DNA of 64,000 nt from an uncultured Gammaproteobacteria bacterium (GTDB lineage: Bacteria > Patescibacteriota > Microgenomatia > Daviesbacterales > UBA10151): positions 41,284-105,283 of the forward strand of contig CAZGFG010000002.1 of NCBI GenBank assembly GCA_964524895.1. Direction: 5' to 3'. The first letter of the stretch is position 1. Each line of letters begins with the position of its first letter. The position numbers were made by a program, and so were the translations under genes. This document shows, one piece after another, positions 59,021 through 64,000 of this stretch. The notes under the pieces are model-generated. The model did no database searches. It was not told where the DNA came from and was given only the letters and a program-made list of their open reading frames with translations.

Positions 59021-60673
59021 ATGAGAAAGTCAGTTTTATTAGGCTTATTTTCGATTCTGATATTGGCATTCCTCTTAAGATTTTATAAAGTTACGGAAAT
59101 ACCGCCTTCTCTTAATTGGGATGAAGTATCTATAGGATACAACGCTTATTCTATTCTAAAAACCGGTAGAGACGAGTGGGGACAGTTTTTACCGCTGCAT
59201 TTTAAGTCATACGGAGAGTATAAATTACCAGTTCAAGTTTATGGGTCTATTCCAGCAGTTGCACTTTTCGGGCTAAACGAGTTAGGGGTTCGGGTTACTC
59301 CGGTAATTTATGGAACTCTAACGGTCTTAGTATTGTTTTTCTTAGGGAGAGAATTGTTCAAAAGTAGTACTGTTGGTTTAATTTCTGCACTACTACTTGC
59401 TATATCTCCTTGGCACATCCAATTGACCCGTGCTTCCTTTGAGTCCGCATTTGCCACCTTTTGGTTTAGTTTAGGGGTGTTGTTTTTAGTTATGGGATTT
59501 AAAAAGCCAAAATGGTTGGTTTGGTCAATAATTCCATTCGCTCTCTCTGTATATACTTACAACACTACCAGAGTTTTTACCCCACTCTTTTTGGTAACCG
59601 TCTTAGTTATATACAATAAGTTTTTTCTTCGAAACAAAAGGTCCACCTTAATATCCTTCATCCTTTTTGTCATTTTAATGTTTCCTCTGGTACCTTTTTT
59701 CCTAAGTGGAGGTGGAAGTGCTAGATATAAATTGGTAAGTGTTACGGATGATCCAGGGTTGGGTTTAAGGGTCAATGAAAACAGAGGGAAATCCAGCCTT
59801 CCGTTATTTTTCCCCAGATTGGTACATAATAAGGTCACCTATACAGTTTTGGCGGTAACTGATCATTATATTGCCCACTTTACACCAGATTTTTTATTTT
59901 TATCCGGTGCGCCGCATAAGCAACACCATGTTCAGAATATAGGTGAGCTTTATTTATTCCAGGCACCCTTTTTGCTGCTGGGATTATTTGGCCTATTCTA
60001 CCTGCAAAATAGATTTAAGTGGTTATTGATAACTTGGTTACTTCTTTCGTTTATACCAGTATCTGTTACAAATGACAGTATCCCTAATGCTCTCCGCACT
60101 TTAGTAGCGGTTCCTGTTTATCAATTGATCACAGCCTTGGGTATATATTGGAGTTTTAATTTCATTAATAAAAGATCAAAAGCGCTATCTTTTATTTTAA
60201 TATTTTTAACAGTATTGGTGGCTGCATTGAATATATATACCTATCTTACCAATTATTACACCACATATCCTGTAGCCTATTCTCGAGATTGGCAATATGG
60301 GTATAAACAGGCAGTAGAGTTTATCAAGCAACACAAGATTAAGTATGATGAAATTGTTTTTACTAGGCATTATGGGGAGCCACAAATGTTTACCCTGTTT
60401 TATCTAAATTACGATCCTTATTTATATCAACAAGATTCCAACCTGGTACGATACGAGACTTATAATTGGGTTAGAGTTATCAGATTTGATAACTTCTACT
60501 TTCCAGATTTGGGGGATGAGGGAACAACTTATCGGGAAATAGAGACAAGGGATAAAGGCAAGAAAATCCTTTTTGTCGGTAAACCGGGAGATTTTCCTGA
60601 TAATGTACATACACTTGAGACTATTGATTTTCTCAATGGGAAACCCGCATTTCAAATAGTAGATAATTTGTGA
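59021..60673 (+). CDS. PMT_2/ArnT-like GT-C glycosyltransferase (array member 4)
   Basis: 550 aa. IPPSLNWDEVSIGYNAYSILKTGRDEWGQFLPLHF. Roughly 50% identical by eye to members 5 and 6. Confidence 0.8.
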   Translation: MRKSVLLGLFSILILAFLLRFYKVTEIPPSLNWDEVSIGYNAYSILKTGRDEWGQFLPLHFKSYGEYKLPVQVYGSIPAVALFGLNELGVRVTPVIYGTLTVLVLFFLGRELFKSSTVGLISALLLAISPWHIQLTRASFESAFATFWFSLGVLFLVMGFKKPKWLVWSIIPFALSVYTYNTTRVFTPLFLVTVLVIYNKFFLRNKRSTLISFILFVILMFPLVPFFLSGGGSARYKLVSVTDDPGLGLRVNENRGKSSLPLFFPRLVHNKVTYTVLAVTDHYIAHFTPDFLFLSGAPHKQHHVQNIGELYLFQAPFLLLGLFGLFYLQNRFKWLLITWLLLSFIPVSVTNDSIPNALRTLVAVPVYQLITALGIYWSFNFINKRSKALSFILIFLTVLVAALNIYTYLTNYYTTYPVAYSRDWQYGYKQAVEFIKQHKIKYDEIVFTRHYGEPQMFTLFYLNYDPYLYQQDSNLVRYETYNWVRVIRFDNFYFPDLGDEGTTYREIETRDKGKKILFVGKPGDFPDNVHTLETIDFLNGKPAFQIVDNL

Positions 60674-62202
60674 AGATTAGATGGTTGTTTATTATTGTGG
60701 TGGCAATATTTTTAATAAGCCGCCTATATAAATTATCTGATGTGCCAACCTCTCTGTATTGGGATGAGGCCTCTATCGCTTACAACGCTTACTCTATTTC
60801 AGAAACAGGGAGAGATGAATGGGGAGATTTTCTACCGATACATTTTAGAGCTTTTGGTGAATTTAAATTACCGGTTTTCATTTATAGTGTTGTCCCTTTC
60901 ATCAAAACTTTTGGGCTCGATAACTTTAGTGTAAGGTTCCCGGTAGTACTTTATGGTTTAGGTGTTGTGATTTTAACCTATTTGTTGGCTCTTAAAATTA
61001 CTGCAAGCAAGTTCATTTCGATATGGGCCATGTTTTTAATAACCGTCTCTCCTTGGTTTTTTCTATTTAGTAGGGTTGGTTATGAAGCAACTGCAGGTCT
61101 TTTCTTCTACCTCCTAGCCATCTTAATGTTCTTAAAGTATGAACAAAATAAATATTTTATACCCCTTTCCATAATATTTTTTTCGGCAAGCGTCTACAGC
61201 TATAATAGTTTTAGAATTGTTTCTCCTCTGACAATCCTAACTCTGCTGGGTTTTTATTTTCCGGCAATAAAAGAAAGGTTTAGGGCCTATTTACCGGTAT
61301 TGGTAATAGCAGCAGCTTTATTTATCATTAGCATATTACCAATAATACGTTTATATGAATATGACTATGGTTTATCAAGGTTTGATGTTGTTAAAGTTTC
61401 CTCTGAAGACAATATGATTAAAATGATAATTCAGAACTACATATCTCATTTTAGTCCGAGCTATTTGTTTATATCGGGAGATAAGAATCTTCGTAGTCTA
61501 CAACAGGGTTGGGGTGAGTTATATCCGGTGACCTTTCCCCTTTTGGTTGCCGGGTTATTTTATCTAATCAGATTAAGAGGTAGAGAATATTTTTTAATTT
61601 TAGCGCTACTATTTTTGGCTCCTATCCCCGCTACCTTAACTAAAGAGGTCCCGCATTCTTTAAGATCTCTCGCCATGGTACCCTTTATAGCGTTACTGTC
61701 AGCATTGGGGATTTATTATTTGAATATACTAATAAAGTACAAAACTTGGCTGCAAATTTTTCTGATTTCGATATATCTTATCTATTTTTCAATCTATTTC
61801 GTAGACTTTATTAAGAAATATCCCCCATACTCTTCAGAAGAGTGGCAATTTGCATATAAACAATTGTTTAAGGAAGCCGGCCATAAGCTTTCAAACTATG
61901 ATAAAGTAATTATATCGGATGAATATGCTCAACCTTACATTTTTGCTGCTTATTATCAAAAGATAGACCCCAGTTATTTTCAAAATAATGTAGTCAGAAA
62001 TAACCCTAGTGAGTGGAGTTTTTCTTCTGTAAGGAAACTTGGTAACCTAGAATTTAGAAAGGTCAATTGGGATTTGGATGTACAACTTAAAAATAGTTTA
62101 ATTATATCTTCCAATAAAGAAGGGAATCCCTTAAATCTGGATGTTAAGGTGATCAAATATTTGAATGACAAACCTGCATTTTTTGTATATGAAACAAAAT
62201 AA
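60670..62202 (+). CDS. PMT_2/ArnT-like GT-C glycosyltransferase (array member 5)
   Basis: 510 aa. GTG start overlapping the upstream stop (GTGA). VPTSLYWDEASIAYNAYSISETGRDEWGDFLPIHF. Confidence 0.8.
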   Translation: MKIRWLFIIVVAIFLISRLYKLSDVPTSLYWDEASIAYNAYSISETGRDEWGDFLPIHFRAFGEFKLPVFIYSVVPFIKTFGLDNFSVRFPVVLYGLGVVILTYLLALKITASKFISIWAMFLITVSPWFFLFSRVGYEATAGLFFYLLAILMFLKYEQNKYFIPLSIIFFSASVYSYNSFRIVSPLTILTLLGFYFPAIKERFRAYLPVLVIAAALFIISILPIIRLYEYDYGLSRFDVVKVSSEDNMIKMIIQNYISHFSPSYLFISGDKNLRSLQQGWGELYPVTFPLLVAGLFYLIRLRGREYFLILALLFLAPIPATLTKEVPHSLRSLAMVPFIALLSALGIYYLNILIKYKTWLQIFLISIYLIYFSIYFVDFIKKYPPYSSEEWQFAYKQLFKEAGHKLSNYDKVIISDEYAQPYIFAAYYQKIDPSYFQNNVVRNNPSEWSFSSVRKLGNLEFRKVNWDLDVQLKNSLIISSNKEGNPLNLDVKVIKYLNDKPAFFVYETK

Positions 62203-62203
62203 A

Positions 62204-63787
62204 ATGACACGAATAATTTTTGTTTTGATTGTAATTTTAGCCACCTTTTTAAGATTTTATAAATTCGATTCTGTGCCGCCTGCCCTTACTTGGGATGAGG
62301 TAGATGCCGGCTACAATGCGTGGACAATTGCAAATTATGGAAAAGATGAATGGGGAGAAACTTTTCCGTTGATTTTTAATTCTTTCGGTGACGATAAGCA
62401 TCCGGTGCATATTTATCTAACTGCAATAGTTGTCAAGATTTTGGGTTCTTCGGACTTTACAACCAGGTTACCGGCAGTTTTGTTTGGAATAGGCAGCGTT
62501 ATATTAGTTTATTTCTTAACTAAATTTATGTTCAAGAATGATTTTATATCTCTTCTTTCCGCGCTATTTCTGGCAATTTCCCCTTATCATCTTCATTTCT
62601 CAAGGTTTAATCATGAAGCAAATTATGCTTTATTCTTTTTTATACTCGGGTTGCTATTTTTTTATATGGCAAAGAAAAAACCAACCTTTCTTATATTGTC
62701 GGCAACCGGTTTCTTACTTTCATTATTGAGTTATCACTCTTCTTTAATCCTAGTACCGATAACAACGGTTCTGCTTCTTGTATTATATTTCAAAGATTTA
62801 ATACAGGCTAAAATCCATCTAGCTCTGTTCCTATTAATTTTATCTTCTTTTGCACTGCTTTCAGTATTTAATCCGGGTCTTTTAGGTTTGGCAAGAGTGA
62901 AGCAAACTTCTATTGGAAGTAAGGAAATAGAATCTAATTGGTTATATAAAAGAACCGGTAACCAGTTGTGGGGGAAAATTGGGGTTATTTCACAGAACTA
63001 TTCTTCCCATTTTGATCCAAAATATCTGTTTATCTTGGGTGATGACAACCCACGGCTTTCCTCACAGGTTTCCGGAGAATTTTATATTATCGATAGTCTA
63101 TTTTTAATAGCGGGATTATTTTATTTATTGGTAAGGTTTAGAAAAGAAAGTATGGTATTGCTTGTTTGGGCTCTGGCAGCCCCAATCCCAGCATCCTTCT
63201 CCTCGGAAGCTCCTCATGCTGGCCGAGCACTTTTTATGATGGGAAGTTGGAATATAATCGCAGCAGTTGGCTGTTATGCTATCTGGATTATTTTAAAACA
63301 TAAAATTGTTAGAGCAGTTTATTTGTTGATTGTTGCTTTTATAATGATTGTCTTGTTCCGAAATTATATAACAGGTTATTACTCTCTATTTGCTAAGAAT
63401 TATTCACATGACTTCCAGTACGGAATGAGACAAATTGTCGAATATGTTAGTAAAAATCCAGAGTATAGCCAAGTATTTATGACCAATGAACGGGGGCAAC
63501 CGTATATATTCTTTCTCTATTATCTGAAAACTCCATTGCCGGATTTTCTAAATACTGCTGTCTACAATAGGGGGCACAGCAAATCCTTTAGTAGGGTAGA
63601 TTATTTTAACAGATATTATTTTGAAAACTGGGATCCAATAGAAAGTATGCCTACACCAGGTGTTTTATATATAGTTACTCCAAGTCAATATGTAGGACTA
63701 CGGCATAAATTATTTTTTAATGTTAAGAAGCAAATTAATTATCCCAACGGGCAAGAAGCTTTCTTTATGGTAAGTGCTGATAAATGA
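62204..63787 (+). CDS. PMT_2/ArnT-like GT-C glycosyltransferase (array member 6)
   Basis: ATG at 62204 (MTRIIF), directly after the upstream stop; the track ORF begins at 62165. VPPALTWDEVDAGYNAWTIANYGKDEWGETFPLIF. Confidence 0.8.
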   Translation: MTRIIFVLIVILATFLRFYKFDSVPPALTWDEVDAGYNAWTIANYGKDEWGETFPLIFNSFGDDKHPVHIYLTAIVVKILGSSDFTTRLPAVLFGIGSVILVYFLTKFMFKNDFISLLSALFLAISPYHLHFSRFNHEANYALFFFILGLLFFYMAKKKPTFLILSATGFLLSLLSYHSSLILVPITTVLLLVLYFKDLIQAKIHLALFLLILSSFALLSVFNPGLLGLARVKQTSIGSKEIESNWLYKRTGNQLWGKIGVISQNYSSHFDPKYLFILGDDNPRLSSQVSGEFYIIDSLFLIAGLFYLLVRFRKESMVLLVWALAAPIPASFSSEAPHAGRALFMMGSWNIIAAVGCYAIWIILKHKIVRAVYLLIVAFIMIVLFRNYITGYYSLFAKNYSHDFQYGMRQIVEYVSKNPEYSQVFMTNERGQPYIFFLYYLKTPLPDFLNTAVYNRGHSKSFSRVDYFNRYYFENWDPIESMPTPGVLYIVTPSQYVGLRHKLFFNVKKQINYPNGQEAFFMVSADK

Positions 63788-63800
63788 GTATAATAAAGTG

Positions 63801-64000
63801 ATGAGTAAAATTTCTGTTGTTTTGGCAGTTTATAATGAAGAAGAGAATTTGGCAAGGTGCCTAGATTCTATTAAAAATTTGGCTTGGGAAATTGTGGTTG
63901 TAGATGGCGGTTCTACCGATAATACCGTGAAGATAGCTAAAAAGTATGATGCTAGAGTAATAGAAACAGACAATCCTCTCAACTTTCACATCAATAAAAA
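63801..64000 (+). CDS. GT2 glycosyltransferase, N-terminal fragment (continues past the window end)
   Basis: MSKISVVLAVYNEEENLARCLDSIKNLAWEIVVVDGGSTDNT is a GT-A N-terminal signature. No stop before the window end. Confidence 0.7.
   Translation, partial: MSKISVVLAVYNEEENLARCLDSIKNLAWEIVVVDGGSTDNTVKIAKKYDARVIETDNPLNFHINK

Noticed and set aside
1-64000. CRISPR arrays, rRNA and tRNA genes
   Set aside because: I scanned all intergenic gaps over 40 nt (1516-1632, 5861-5947, 9267-9401, 9981-10075, 14432-14475, 15671-15733, 20322-20403, 25751-26238, 26578-26681, 29073-29223, 29536-29647, 46689-46814, 48453-48502, 58969-59020). I found no regularly spaced direct repeats and no tRNA-like cloverleaf (GTTCGAATC-type T-arm). 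None is reported.

Overview
This is a dense bacterial window (about 60 CDS, short intergenic gaps, frequent 4-30 nt overlaps) with no rRNA, tRNA or CRISPR array that I could find. Gene content and style (small proteins, weak SD, a truncated TsaB, leaderless-looking promoters) point to a reduced-genome bacterium of the Patescibacteria/CPR type; this is inference only. Housekeeping genes: secA, tsaE, a ftsE-ftsX-M23 peptidase (EnvC-like) operon, prfB as a single uninterrupted ORF with no +1 frameshift, and a short tsaB-like gene. Most of the window (about 15.7-25.8 kb and 29.6-64 kb) is a very large cell-surface glycosylation locus. It holds an rmlA-like gene, rmlBCD and gmd; about 9 GT2/GT4 glycosyltransferases including a GT2-GtrA fusion and a GT2-PMT_2 fusion; a Wzx-type flippase; and about 20 large polytopic GT-C-like membrane proteins. 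The GT-C-like set comprises 11 PMT_2/ArnT-like genes with a DE-x3-Y-x2-Y first-loop motif (six of them head-to-tail at 54.2-63.8 kb), four tandem paralogs of an uncharacterised HHDD/PCRWVPD family (31.2-37.9 kb), two WHIAL-motif paralogs and two DUF2029-like paralogs. A roughly 3.9 kb islet (25.75-29.65 kb) sits between two glycosyltransferase genes. It carries a LuxR-type HTH, RadC (JAB), a MazG-like NTP pyrophosphohydrolase and an EVE (PUA-like) domain fused to a putative PD-(D/E)xK nuclease, which I read as a candidate modification-dependent type IV restriction enzyme. It also has small secreted and basic ORFs, and a recurring TTCCCATTGTT motif lies upstream of three of its transcription units. 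A PaaX-like small regulator gene (9402-9980) is bracketed by a roughly 32-bp imperfect direct repeat.
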